Virus record (IMG/VR): IMGVR_UViG_3300037237_000156
Span: 1 to 30,125 of that record
From: a virus
Taxonomy: Duplodnaviria; Caudoviricetes
Strand: one strand, 5' to 3'
Length of the DNA stretch: 30,125 nucleotides
Part shown: in pieces, positions 8,099 through 17,374 of the stretch
Numbering within the stretch: the stretch's first letter is position 1
Layout of the letters: every line of letters begins with the position of its first letter
The notes under the pieces: model-generated
What the model was told of the DNA's origin: nothing
Seen by the model: the letters and a program-made list of their open reading frames with translations, nothing else
Database searches by the model: none
Translations under genes and position numbers: made by a program

Positions 8099-9373
8099 AT
8101 GAATCTGCGCAAATTGCAGCAGGCGAAGGCAGCGGCGCTCGATAAGGCTGCCGCTCTTCAGAAGGCCGCGGAAAATCGGGATATGACGGCGGAAGAGAAC
8201 ACGGCTTTCGACGCGGCGGCGGCCGAGGCGGAAGGCCATCAGGCGAACATCGACCGCCTGCAGAAGTTGGCCACGCTTGAGCGCAACGCGCCCTCCGGCG
8301 TCGAAGTGGGCGACAGTCTCGCGGAGAAAAAGCCCTGGCGGAACAAGGGCGAATTCTTCGGAGCGGTCATCGGTTCGTATCAGAGCGGACACGCAAACAT
8401 GGATCCGCGCCTGCGCGCCGCGCTGGGAGCGAACGAAAACGTGCCGGCGGAGGGCGGTTTCCCGATCGCGCCCGAATTCGTCACGGATCTGCTGCAGCGC
8501 AGCTACGATGTCGGCGAAGTCGCCAAGCGCTGCCGGAAGATGACCATGAACTCGCTGCGGATGATTCTCAACGCAGTCGACGAAACCAGCCGCGCCGACG
8601 GCAGCCGGTGGGGCGGCATTCTGGCCTACTGGGAGGCGGAAGGCGCACCCTACACGGGCACCAAGCCGAAGTTCCGGCAGGTACAGCTCGTCGCCAACAA
8701 GCTCATCGGTCTCGCGTATCTGACCGAGGAACTGATGGAGGATACCACCGCGGTGTCGTCCTATATCGAAGAGGTTTTCCCGAACGAATTCGGCTTCAAG
8801 ATCGACGACGCCGTCATTAATGGCAGCGGCGCGGGGCTGCCTCTGGGCGTGCTGAACGCCAAGAGCGCCGCCACCGTCGTGCAGGCCAAGGATTCCGGCC
8901 AGGCAACAGGCACGATCTCGACCACAAACCTCCTCAACATGTGGGCCCGGCTGTGGGCTCCCTCCAGAAAGAACGCTTGCTGGTTTATCAACCAGTCGGC
9001 CGAGCCGCAGTTGTACCCCCTCACCCTCGGTTCGCCGAGCCTCGGTCAGATCCTCATGTACACGCCGCCGGGGCAGAACGGCAACAACAGTCCTTACGGG
9101 CTGCTGTTCGGCCGTCCGGTGATTCCCATCGAGCAAACGGCGAATCTCTCCACCCAGGGCGACATCGTCCTGATGGATCCGACGCAGTACCTGCTCGCGC
9201 AACGCAACGAGGTTCGGGCCGACAGTTCCATCCATGTCGCCTTCCTCACCGGCGAGCTGGCGCTTCGCTTCATGGTGCGCCTCGATGGGCAGTGCTGGTG
9301 GAACAAGCCGCTGACGCCAAAAGCGACCAGCGCGCCTACGCTCTCGCCGGTTGTCACCCTGGCGACCCGGTAA
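8099..9373 (+). CDS. Major capsid protein, HK97 fold, with coiled-coil delta domain
   Basis: N-terminal helical scaffold segment, EGGF.IAPEF, WEAEG, LTEELMED, INGSG...PLGVL, LFGRPV, R..VRLDG. Confidence 0.96.
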   Translation: MNLRKLQQAKAAALDKAAALQKAAENRDMTAEENTAFDAAAAEAEGHQANIDRLQKLATLERNAPSGVEVGDSLAEKKPWRNKGEFFGAVIGSYQSGHANMDPRLRAALGANENVPAEGGFPIAPEFVTDLLQRSYDVGEVAKRCRKMTMNSLRMILNAVDETSRADGSRWGGILAYWEAEGAPYTGTKPKFRQVQLVANKLIGLAYLTEELMEDTTAVSSYIEEVFPNEFGFKIDDAVINGSGAGLPLGVLNAKSAATVVQAKDSGQATGTISTTNLLNMWARLWAPSRKNACWFINQSAEPQLYPLTLGSPSLGQILMYTPPGQNGNNSPYGLLFGRPVIPIEQTANLSTQGDIVLMDPTQYLLAQRNEVRADSSIHVAFLTGELALRFMVRLDGQCWWNKPLTPKATSAPTLSPVVTLATR

Positions 9374-9463
9374 TCGCTCGGGCGCGGCGGGCCTTACCGG
9401 TCGCCGCGCCGGACCTCTCACTCTTCACCGCGCTCGGCTTTATGCCGGGAAAGGATTCGTGTC

Positions 9464-9943
9464 ATGGAACGAGGCTTTTGGGCAGCACAGGATGGGCACG
9501 TGGTCAGCGTCCTGTCGCCGCAGAATATGTCGGGCGGCGTCACCGGACAGATCTTCAACATGGAGGGTTACGAGCACGCCAGCATCCTCATCCAGCTGGG
9601 CGCTCAGGCGGCGGCGGCCACCAAGATTCTCCTCAACGCGTGCACCGATGCCGCCGGTGACGGAGCCGCCGCGCAGCCGTTCAACCTCTTCACGCAGGAG
9701 ACAGCCGGTCTGTCGAACGATGTTCTGTCGACGCGCCAGGCGGTCGCGGCCACGGGCTACACGCCTTCCGCCAACGCGAACATCTTCTACGTGATCGAGC
9801 TCGATGCTGCCAGCCTGCCGCAGGGTTCGCCCTATGTGCAACTGCAGATTACCAATGGCGCGAATGCGGATTACGTCTCGGCGGTGGCCGTCCTCTCCGC
9901 GGGGCGCTATACCGGCGATCAGTCGCCTTCCGCCACTTCGTAA
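9464..9943 (+). CDS. Putative head decoration/cement protein
   Basis: Immediately after the capsid gene; AAGGA SD; beta-rich 159 aa protein. Confidence 0.65.
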   Translation: MERGFWAAQDGHVVSVLSPQNMSGGVTGQIFNMEGYEHASILIQLGAQAAAATKILLNACTDAAGDGAAAQPFNLFTQETAGLSNDVLSTRQAVAATGYTPSANANIFYVIELDAASLPQGSPYVQLQITNGANADYVSAVAVLSAGRYTGDQSPSATS

Positions 9944-10024
9944 ACAGGGGTCCCGCCGGGCAGCAGTTCGCTCTCCGGCGGGAGCCTCGCGCCGCCTCGA
10001 AATGCTGGATGGAGGTACCGAACA

Positions 10025-10330
10025 ATGGGAATGCGCGTTCTTCGAATTTCGAACGAGATCCTCGTTCAGATGTTTGCTCCGGGTCTACACCCCGGCGGCT
10101 ACGAGGTCATCCGGGATGGCCTGCCGGCCGACACGTGTATTCTGCACGTCTTTCACGACGGACCGCAGGGAGAGGTCGGCCTGAAGATCGCAAGCGCGGA
10201 GTTCGACGGACCAGGGGCGGGCGAGGCAGCTCCCCAGATTAGGCCGATTTTGCGAACGCTGCCACCGCGGGAAGAAGAGTCGCCGCGAGTTACGCGGGTG
10301 AAGCCCACTGACGAGGTCCGCGGGAAGTAG
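10025..10330 (+). CDS. Hypothetical protein (paralog of 25711..26040)
   Basis: GGAGG upstream; stop abuts the next ATG; ISNE...YEV..GLPAD...S.EF pattern. Confidence 0.7.
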   Translation: MGMRVLRISNEILVQMFAPGLHPGGYEVIRDGLPADTCILHVFHDGPQGEVGLKIASAEFDGPGAGEAAPQIRPILRTLPPREEESPRVTRVKPTDEVRGK

Positions 10331-11203
10331 ATGGAATCGCTTCGACGCATCATCGCGCCCGCAGCCGAGCCGGTGGCTCTGGTGGATCTCAAGAATATGC
10401 TCGAGATCCCGGCCACCGACACGACGCATGACACCACGCTGATGTCATTCCTGATTGCGGCCCGCGAGGACTATGAGGACTGGGCGCGGATGAAGCTCAT
10501 CACGCAGACCTGGCTGCTGCGCTGCGATTCGTTCCCCTCGGTTTCGCTGCGCTACGACCGCAACGGCTATCCGCAGTATCAGCTGCCCTTCCCGCCGTTT
10601 CAGTCGGTCCAGTCGTTCCAGTACGTCGACACAAGCGGCACGGTACAGACGCTCACGCGCGACACGACCTACGGGACGAATCCCGCCGAGCCGTTTTACG
10701 GCTACCAGCTGGAGCCGGGCGGGCACACGATCCCGGCGCGGCTCACGCCGCCGTGGGCGCGGCCGTGGCCGCCACAGCGCATGGTGCCGGCGAACACGAT
10801 GATCCAGTTTCGCTGCGGGTATGGGGGTCCGGTTATGGTGACGGCGCAGGAGAACAATCCTGTCATCGCGACGCCCGGCTTCGTCTTCAATCCGGACGAC
10901 GCGCCCGCGATGGCGGGCGACACGGGGACGCCTATCTCGATTCCAGGCGCCGGATCGGGAAACGCGCCGCTGGTGACGAACGTGCTCTCGGTGGACGGAT
11001 CCGGCAATGCCACGCTGGCGACGGCGCCGGCGCGCGCGGTTTCCGATGTGAGTGCCTGGCTCGGCCTGCAGGTCCCTCAGTCGACGAAGCTTTCTATCCT
11101 GTTTCACGCGCAGTTCTTCTTTGAGCAGGGAGCCGTCGTCGACCAGGCCGTGCCGCGCGTTGTCGCCAGTTTGCGCGGCGCAAAAAGGAACCTGGTGAGC
11201 TGA
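10331..11203 (+). CDS. Head-tail connector (HK97 gp6/SPP1 gp15-like) with an inserted domain
   Basis: PAAEPVALVDLK, IAARE..E, LITQTW, PP.QSV.S..YVD, F.CGY, VP...K..IL. Confidence 0.9.
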   Translation: MESLRRIIAPAAEPVALVDLKNMLEIPATDTTHDTTLMSFLIAAREDYEDWARMKLITQTWLLRCDSFPSVSLRYDRNGYPQYQLPFPPFQSVQSFQYVDTSGTVQTLTRDTTYGTNPAEPFYGYQLEPGGHTIPARLTPPWARPWPPQRMVPANTMIQFRCGYGGPVMVTAQENNPVIATPGFVFNPDDAPAMAGDTGTPISIPGAGSGNAPLVTNVLSVDGSGNATLATAPARAVSDVSAWLGLQVPQSTKLSILFHAQFFFEQGAVVDQAVPRVVASLRGAKRNLVS

Positions 11204-11586
11204 TGGGCGGCTTCGCGGGGATCTATCGGCCGGGCAACAACCCGCTCGTCGTCCGCGCGGGCGAGCTGCGGCATCCGATCGCGATCAACTCGCCCAGCTC
11301 CACGCCGGGCCCCGATGGCGCCTCCGTCACGCCGTCCAGCTGGACGCCGGTACGGTCCACAAACGCCGCCATCTACACCGCCGGCGGCAGGGAAACCTCG
11401 CAGGCGAACCAGCTCGTGTCGGAATGCTCGCATGTCGTTAAGGTGCGCTGGACGCCGGATGTGCTCAAGGCCGGCTACCAGGTCGCTTTTGGATCGAGGA
11501 CGTTCACCGTGCTCTACATCGAGAACGTGCTCGAACGCAACCGCGTGCTGCTGCTGTACTGCAAGGAAGTCGACGGAGCGCAATAG
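11203..11586 (+). CDS. Head closure protein (SPP1 gp16-like)
   Basis: AGELRHPIAI, GRE, RW, F.V..IENV.ERNR.L.L.CKE. Confidence 0.9.
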   Translation: MGGFAGIYRPGNNPLVVRAGELRHPIAINSPSSTPGPDGASVTPSSWTPVRSTNAAIYTAGGRETSQANQLVSECSHVVKVRWTPDVLKAGYQVAFGSRTFTVLYIENVLERNRVLLLYCKEVDGAQ

Positions 11587-12003
11587 ATGGACATCGACGT
11601 CGGCATCACCGCGCTGCTCGCCGGAGACAGCGGCGTTCAGGCCAATCTGAAGATGGGCGGCGTAGAGTCCATTTTCGATGGCGTCGTGCCCGAGGACATC
11701 GCGCAGTATCCCTGCCTCGCGTACCAGTGGGTGGGCGGCAGCAACGATCCGGGGCTCACCAGCGCAGGCCCGCGGCGCTCGCGCCTGCAGATCGATTGCT
11801 GGGGCCTCACGAAACCGCAGGCGAAGACGCTGGCGAACGCCGTGGCGCATCTGCTGGACGGCTATTCCGGCGTTCTCAGCGACGGCACGACGGTGATGAG
11901 CTGCTGGATCATCAATCCGCCCGGCGTCGATTTCTTCAGCGGCGACTCGCGCTTCCGTCGCCGCATGCTCGAGTTCTACGTGCTGCACAACTTCACCCCA
12001 TAA
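11587..12003 (+). CDS. Tail terminator/completion protein (DUF3168-like)
   Basis: YPCLAYQ, RLQIDCWG, A.TLANAV..LL; position before the tail tube gene. Confidence 0.88.
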   Translation: MDIDVGITALLAGDSGVQANLKMGGVESIFDGVVPEDIAQYPCLAYQWVGGSNDPGLTSAGPRRSRLQIDCWGLTKPQAKTLANAVAHLLDGYSGVLSDGTTVMSCWIINPPGVDFFSGDSRFRRRMLEFYVLHNFTP

Positions 12004-12019
12004 ACAGGAGGACACGCAC

Positions 12020-12463
12020 ATGACTGGATATACCGGATCCCAGGCCCAGGCGGGCCGGGGAACAACCCTCGGCATCGGCGCGACGCCCACGCTGATCGGC
12101 GAGCTCGACAACGTTCCGATGGATCTGCCGGAATGGAACACGGATGACGTGACGAACTTCGAATCCGGTTCGGACGAAGAGTTCATCACGACCATTCGCA
12201 AGTCGATGGAGTACTCCGTCACCGGCAACCGCGTCAGCTCCGATGCCGGCCAGATCGCCGTGGAAACGGCCTATGCCGCGGGTTCGCTGTCCTCGTTCAC
12301 CCTGACGCTGCCGAAGACGGCGGCGCAGACAACCAGCGGCGACAAGTATGTCTTCAATGCGCTGGTGCTCAGCCAGTCGTTCAAGATCGAGACGACGAAG
12401 AAGGTCACCTTCAGCATGAAGCTGAAGACGTCGGGCCCGGTGGCGTTCACCGCCGGCAGCTAA
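12020..12463 (+). CDS. Major tail tube protein
   Basis: AGGAGG SD; G.GTTL.IG, DVTNFES...EFI, F.LTLP, Y.F.A.V, LKTSG. Confidence 0.9.
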   Translation: MTGYTGSQAQAGRGTTLGIGATPTLIGELDNVPMDLPEWNTDDVTNFESGSDEEFITTIRKSMEYSVTGNRVSSDAGQIAVETAYAAGSLSSFTLTLPKTAAQTTSGDKYVFNALVLSQSFKIETTKKVTFSMKLKTSGPVAFTAGS

Positions 12464-12500
12464 GTTTCTCCCGGTGAGGTAGTGCAGCAGTGCAGCAACG

Positions 12501-12534
12501 CAGGGCCGGGCAACGTTCCGGCCCTGATCTTTTT
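12501..12534 (+). terminator. Intrinsic terminator after the tail tube gene
   Basis: CAGGGCCGG/CCGGCCCTG stem followed by ATCTTTTT. Confidence 0.7.
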
Positions 12535-12546
12535 AAGGGTGTAAAA

Positions 12547-12930
12547 ATGAGAAAAAATCAGCCAGGCGGTTCTTCGGAATTTTCCGATCCGACGTTGCCG
12601 GAGACCTACGTCGACATCGACGGCGAGAAGTTCAGGTTATGTTTCGATTTCGCGGCGCTGGCGCAGGCGAAGAGAAAGCTGCAGGAGCAGGGCGTGGAGA
12701 TCAACATTCTCCACTCGCTCAACTTTTACACGCTCGACGTGGACACGCTCGCTGCGATCTTCTACGCGGCGGCGCACCGCTTCCATCCAAAGATGGAATG
12801 GTCGAAGGCGCAAAAGCTCACGAATCTGAGAACTGGAGCGGCGATCATTGAGGGTCTGGCGGCCGCCTATGCCGCAGCGATGACCGACCCAAAGAGAAAC
12901 CCTCGGGAGGGGACGACACAGAAAGCCTGA
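12547..12930 (+). CDS. Tail assembly chaperone gpG-like, 127 aa
   Basis: Between tail tube and tape measure; IDGEKFRLCFDFAAL motif. Confidence 0.85.
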   Translation: MRKNQPGGSSEFSDPTLPETYVDIDGEKFRLCFDFAALAQAKRKLQEQGVEINILHSLNFYTLDVDTLAAIFYAAAHRFHPKMEWSKAQKLTNLRTGAAIIEGLAAAYAAAMTDPKRNPREGTTQKA

Positions 12931-13322
12931 GCGAGCAGGAGCTCTGGCTGCATCTCTGGTCCGTCGCCCGATACGACCTGCATCTCAGTGATGCCGACTT
13001 TTTCCGGCTCACGCCGCGCAAGCTTGACGCCCTGCTGACCCGAAGAAGGGCCGGTGTTGAGCGCAACGAGCTTCTTTTCGCTCAGCTGACTGAAAAGGCG
13101 GTGAATTACAGCGTCAGAGCGCCCAAGGATCCGGCGCGGATTCAGGATTTCATGCCGTCGCAGTGGGTGGCCGACGTGAAGAGGAAGGCGGCGGTGCCAG
13201 ACATAAGCAAGCCGGTTCGCATGACCGCGTGGCGGCGCAGGGAGGTAGCCGACAACTGGCGTCGGTTCATGAGCAGCGGCTTTGCCGGCTATACGACGGT
13301 GGAGACGCCGGACGCGGGATAG
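12897..13322 (+). CDS. Tail assembly chaperone gpT-like portion, expressed by -1 frameshift (gpGT about 258 aa)
   Basis: Open -1 frame SGGDDTESLSEQELWLHLWSVARYDLHLSDADFFRLTPRKLDALL...DFMP without its own early start; slippery heptamer A-AAC-CCT at 12897-12903. Confidence 0.85.
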   Translation, partial: KPSGGDDTESLSEQELWLHLWSVARYDLHLSDADFFRLTPRKLDALLTRRRAGVERNELLFAQLTEKAVNYSVRAPKDPARIQDFMPSQWVADVKRKAAVPDISKPVRMTAWRRREVADNWRRFMSSGFAGYTTVETPDAG

Positions 13323-13334
13323 TGGGACTGCCAG

Positions 13335-13343
13335 TGGTATACT
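13335..13343 (+). promoter_or_regulatory. Extended -10 promoter for the first moron
   Basis: TG-G-TATACT, 23 nt upstream of the ATG at 13367. Confidence 0.55.
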
Positions 13344-13366
13344 GCCGACGGCTTTCCGGAGGAAAC

Positions 13367-13795
13367 ATGTTGAAGCTGCTGGCAGTTATAAGTTTGCTAA
13401 CTTGCGCGATAGGTCATGCGCAGTCCGCGCCGACTATCTTCATCGACGCCGACAGTACCTTCGCGCCGTCGATCACGGCGGCCATGATCAGGAAACATGT
13501 TCCGGTGTCGATTGTCATCGACCCGGAGCATGCGGAGTACGTGCTGAAGGCTGCACCGGTCATGTCGAAAGACGAGAGCGGCGCGGGGAAGGTCGCGAGG
13601 TGCCTGTTTCTGGACTGCGCGGGCATGAACGGTTTCTCGGCCGTGTCGGTGCAGTTGGTGCGAACGAAAGATAGCTCGGTGGTGTGGGCGTATCAGGTGC
13701 GGAAGGCCATGAGCGGGCCGGCGGGGCTGCAGTCGCTGTCGGAAGCGATCGCCAAACACTGCAAGGACGATTACCTGAAAAAGCATTCCGAATAA
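13367..13795 (+). CDS. Moron: secreted protein, 142 aa
   Basis: GGAGG SD; signal peptide MLKLLAVISLLTCAIGHA|Q; CLFLDC pair; VSVQLV...VVWAY. Confidence 0.8.
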   Translation: MLKLLAVISLLTCAIGHAQSAPTIFIDADSTFAPSITAAMIRKHVPVSIVIDPEHAEYVLKAAPVMSKDESGAGKVARCLFLDCAGMNGFSAVSVQLVRTKDSSVVWAYQVRKAMSGPAGLQSLSEAIAKHCKDDYLKKHSE

Positions 13796-13809
13796 CCGGT
13801 TTGTGGGAC

Positions 13810-13837
13810 TTGACATCCCTGGAGGGGGTGCTATCCT
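13810..13837 (+). promoter_or_regulatory. Sigma70-type promoter for the second moron
   Basis: TTGACA-16 nt-TATCCT with TG extension. Confidence 0.65.
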
Positions 13838-13864
13838 GGCGGTTCTGGAAGGGAGAGTCTCCCC

Positions 13865-14125
13865 ATGAAGCTCGCAGGATGGGTCGCGATCGCGGTTGCG
13901 GTGCTGTTACTGGGCGCGGTGTTCGTGCAGTGGAGGAACGACACGGAGGCAGCGGCTGAACGTATTCAGCGTGGCTTTGCGGAGATATCCGCCGGGGATA
14001 GCGCCGCGCTTGATGCCGATTCCGCGCGAGCGGATGCAGAGAGGAACATGTGGACCATCGAGGGCATCGCCGGGGCCGGCTTCCTCGTGGCGGGGCTGGT
14101 CATGCTGCGGAAGCGAACCGCTTGA
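13865..14125 (+). CDS. Moron: small membrane protein (N- and C-terminal TM)
   Basis: GGGAG SD; two hydrophobic helices flanking a short soluble loop; own promoter and terminator. Confidence 0.75.
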   Translation: MKLAGWVAIAVAVLLLGAVFVQWRNDTEAAAERIQRGFAEISAGDSAALDADSARADAERNMWTIEGIAGAGFLVAGLVMLRKRTA

Positions 14126-14149
14126 GTTAAAAGGAAAGTAACGAGTTTT

Positions 14150-14179
14150 GAAGCCGCCTTTCGGGGCGGCTTTCTTATT
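14150..14179 (+). terminator. Intrinsic terminator closing the moron block
   Basis: AAGCCGCCT-TTCG-GGGCGGCTT followed by TCTTATT. Confidence 0.8.
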
Positions 14180-14191
14180 GGAGGCACGGCG

Positions 14192-14749
14192 GTGGGCGGG
14201 TTCACAATCCAAATCGAGGGCTTGCGTGAGCTCGATGCGAAGCTCAGCGAGATGAAGGACTCTCAGATCAAGCGAGTAATTCGTCACGGGCTCGATGCCG
14301 GTGGCGAAGCGATGAGGCGGTCCATTGCCGAAGCGGCGCCAGAGAGGCCGGATCTGCCCAGCGGCGACGCGCTCCCGGCCGGAGCCATGAAGCAGGACAT
14401 TGAAGTTCGACGCGGGCGATTCGAGGGGCTGCTGGCTGTGTTTGTGGGGCCGGGGAAGTACACGCGACGCCAGGCGGGATGGGTTGAATACGGTCATCGG
14501 CTGGTGCGCGGCGGGACCTCCCAATTGAAGAGGACGATCTTCGGAAACGTGAAATATAAGGGCCCGGGCTCGGAGGTGGGTGAGGTGAAAGCTCACTCTT
14601 TCATCCGTCTGGCCTATGAAGGGTTTCGCGAAGAAGCGGTGCAGGTGGCTGTCGATACGATGCGGCGGGATGTCAAGCTGGGCGCGGTGCCAAGTTCCGT
14701 CTACGAAGGGCGTGGGGCGGAAGACAACTACACCGGGGAGGACTACTGA
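14192..14749 (+). CDS. HK97 gp10-like tail/neck protein
   Basis: GGAGG SD; IEGLRELDAKL, AP, VGPG, WVEYG, AHSFIRLAY. Confidence 0.85.
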   Translation: MGGFTIQIEGLRELDAKLSEMKDSQIKRVIRHGLDAGGEAMRRSIAEAAPERPDLPSGDALPAGAMKQDIEVRRGRFEGLLAVFVGPGKYTRRQAGWVEYGHRLVRGGTSQLKRTIFGNVKYKGPGSEVGEVKAHSFIRLAYEGFREEAVQVAVDTMRRDVKLGAVPSSVYEGRGAEDNYTGEDY

Positions 14750-17310
14750 TGGCCGAGGCGGGCAGTGTAAAAATCATCTTCGCGGCAGATGCGACCAGCT
14801 ACAGTGCCGCGCTGTCCTCGATGCAAAAACAGATGGACTCGTTCGCCGCCAAAGCCGGGGCGGCGGGGCGGAGCGGCGCGGCTGCCGGGCATGGCATGGT
14901 TGCGCCCTGGCAGGCCTCATCGGCCGCATTGCGTGTTGCCGAAGGCAACATGACGAACAATATCCGCGCCGCGGAAAGGTTCCTCGCCACGATTCCTGGA
15001 GTGGGCCGCGCGTTGCAGGTGGCCTTCCCGGTTGTCGGAGCCGTCGCCCTTCTGGGCGTATTTGCGCGAATGGGCAACGAGGTTGTGGACTTCATCAAGA
15101 AGACGAACAGGATCCCGCAGGCGCTGGAGACTGCCTTTCGGGAATCGTTGCTGAGTGGTCAGTCGGCGGCCGACGAGCTCCAGAAGGAGAACGATGCCCT
15201 CGACAATCAAATCGCGAAGCTCGAGGGACGGCCGCAAAACAATCTGGCCACGGCGATCGACGACGCGCGTATCGCGGCCGATAAGTTGGAGCAGTCGCTC
15301 ATGCGCGACAATCGCGAGATTGCGGAGCTGCTGAAGCAGAACCAAATTGGGTCGCTCGGCGAGCTGCTCACCGGTAAGGGGCGAACGACGGCCGTCGCGG
15401 GAGACGTCAACTACTGGAATCAGGAGCTGGCGAATAAGGCGAAGGATTTCGACAAGGCGGTGCACGCATTCGGACCGGACAGTGTGCAGGCGAAGTCGGC
15501 GCAGACTGCACTCGCACAGCGGCGACAGGCGGCGGAAGCCAACATGCAGATGGAGATCGACGTTCGCAAGCCCAGCCCCGACCGTGCGGCGAACATTACC
15601 GGCGACCAGGACCCGAATCTGAACATCGCCCAGGGCTATCTCGCGATTCTGCAGCAGCAGGACAGAATGGACAGCCTGAGCGGGCAGCACGAGCAGAAGA
15701 AAAGCGTTGCGGATGCGCTGACCCACGCGCGCGAGCTACAAGCCGCGGCAAAGGAGCGCGGTGCTCAGCAAATGCAGGCGTGGGAGAAAGAACTTTCGGA
15801 GCAGAAGTCGAAGCATGTCATGAGCCTCGACGAGGATGCAGATTTTTGGCAAAAGCGTGCCGACAGCGTGACGAAAGGCTCAATGCTGTACACTGACGCG
15901 CTGAAAAAGGCAAATGATTTGCGTGCCGCGAGTCAGGTCCAGTATCAGCAGGAGTTCACCGGAGACGTGATCGAGAAGATGCGCTCCGGAGAAGCGGGCG
16001 ACTCGTCGAGCGATCGCGTGCACGCCGCGCTGCAGGAGCAGTATGTCGGCGACGACACGCACGAGCGAGAGATCAAACGCCAAACGGAGGAGGGCGCCAC
16101 GCGCGCCTTCGCTGCGGCCGAGCAGCAGCGCAAGGCGGCGGATAGCCTCGCGGAGGAAGCGATCCGGCTGCAGGAGCAGAGCGGGCAGCTCTCCCGCGCC
16201 GGCGCCGCGCAGGCCCTGATGACGGTCCATCAGGAGAGCTTTGCGAACTGGTCGGCGGCGTCCGCCTCGTTCTCGGCGCAGTTCCCGAATCTGGCCGTGC
16301 CGGGCGCGACGCAAGCCCTGCAGGAGTACGGGAAACAATCGCAGCAGGATGAAGCCGCGCAGGAGGCCACAACCTCGCTGGGTGCGCTGCGCGAGGCGAC
16401 GGATCGCATGACGCAGGCCTTCACGGATCTGCCCGCGCACCTGACGCAGCTGATGACGAGCGCCATCAGCGGCTTCAATGAGGCGTTCTCCAGTGCGGTC
16501 ATGGCGCACACCACGAGCGGCGTCGAGTATCGCCGCGGGATCACGAATGCGGTGGGTGGCCAGTTCCGCTCGCTGGGCGCAAAGGGCCTCGATTCCGCGT
16601 TGCAGATGGGCGAGGGCGGCCTGATGTCGAAGCTCGGCTTTGGCAAGTCGAAGCCGACCGGGACGCAGTCCGATCCGCTTTTTGTAAGGTTGATCGCAGC
16701 AGCGGGCGCCGCCGGCGGAACTCTCGACAGCACGGGAGCTGGGTCGCTGCTGCTGAGCGCGCTGGGCGCATCGGGTCCCGCGGGCACCACGGGCAGCAGC
16801 AAGGGCAGCTTCCTCTCCACGGTGCTGCCGGCGCTGACGCAAATGATTCCGCACCGCGCCTCGGGCGGTCCGATTCCGGCGAATACGCCGGCGATCGTCG
16901 GCGAGAATGGGCCGGAGCTGTTCATGTCGAGCCGGGCCGGTCACATCGTGCCCAACAGTGCGCTGGGCGGCGCGCTCTCGAAAGTGCTGCCGGCGCTGAC
17001 GCATATGATTCCCGGCTTTGCCTCCGGAGGCCCGATTCCGTCGAACATGCCGGCGATCGTCGGCGAGAACGGGCCGGAGCTGTTCATGCCGGCGAGCTCC
17101 GGGCGCATTGTGCCGAACGGAGACTTCGGAGGCGGCGCCGGCGGTGGAGACACGCACGTCCATGTGGACGCGCGCGGCGCGCACGATCCAACCGCGACCG
17201 AAGCCGCCGTGCATCGCGCCATGAAGTCGTACCTGCCGCACCTGGACGCGCGCACGATCGCCACGGTGCGGGCCTACAACAAGGCGCGGCCGGGAACGGC
17301 GCGACTGTGA
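14749..17310 (+). CDS. Tape measure protein
   Basis: 853 aa, Ala/Gln-rich helical; AGSVKIIFAAD N-terminus; ASGGP...IVGENGPELFMP..G.IVPN C-terminal motif. Confidence 0.93.
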   Translation: MAEAGSVKIIFAADATSYSAALSSMQKQMDSFAAKAGAAGRSGAAAGHGMVAPWQASSAALRVAEGNMTNNIRAAERFLATIPGVGRALQVAFPVVGAVALLGVFARMGNEVVDFIKKTNRIPQALETAFRESLLSGQSAADELQKENDALDNQIAKLEGRPQNNLATAIDDARIAADKLEQSLMRDNREIAELLKQNQIGSLGELLTGKGRTTAVAGDVNYWNQELANKAKDFDKAVHAFGPDSVQAKSAQTALAQRRQAAEANMQMEIDVRKPSPDRAANITGDQDPNLNIAQGYLAILQQQDRMDSLSGQHEQKKSVADALTHARELQAAAKERGAQQMQAWEKELSEQKSKHVMSLDEDADFWQKRADSVTKGSMLYTDALKKANDLRAASQVQYQQEFTGDVIEKMRSGEAGDSSSDRVHAALQEQYVGDDTHEREIKRQTEEGATRAFAAAEQQRKAADSLAEEAIRLQEQSGQLSRAGAAQALMTVHQESFANWSAASASFSAQFPNLAVPGATQALQEYGKQSQQDEAAQEATTSLGALREATDRMTQAFTDLPAHLTQLMTSAISGFNEAFSSAVMAHTTSGVEYRRGITNAVGGQFRSLGAKGLDSALQMGEGGLMSKLGFGKSKPTGTQSDPLFVRLIAAAGAAGGTLDSTGAGSLLLSALGASGPAGTTGSSKGSFLSTVLPALTQMIPHRASGGPIPANTPAIVGENGPELFMSSRAGHIVPNSALGGALSKVLPALTHMIPGFASGGPIPSNMPAIVGENGPELFMPASSGRIVPNGDFGGGAGGGDTHVHVDARGAHDPTATEAAVHRAMKSYLPHLDARTIATVRAYNKARPGTARL
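16822..17118 (+). repeat. Tandem in-frame duplication, period 162 bp (54 aa), in the TMP C-terminus
   Basis: GTGCTGCCGGCGCTGACGCA at 16822 and 16984; both copies encode VLPALT.MIP..ASGGPIP.N.PAIVGENGPELFM. Confidence 0.93.
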
Positions 17311-17374
17311 GGCTTTTCGTCGTTGGACGAGCACTTTACGTTCACTGCGCCAGACAGGGCGCGCGAAACACAAC

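Noticed and set aside
9379-9990. GC-rich hairpins after the capsid (about 9379-9413) and decoration (about 9947-9988) genes as terminators
   Set aside because: No convincing U-tract; may be mRNA-stabilising stems but unsupported
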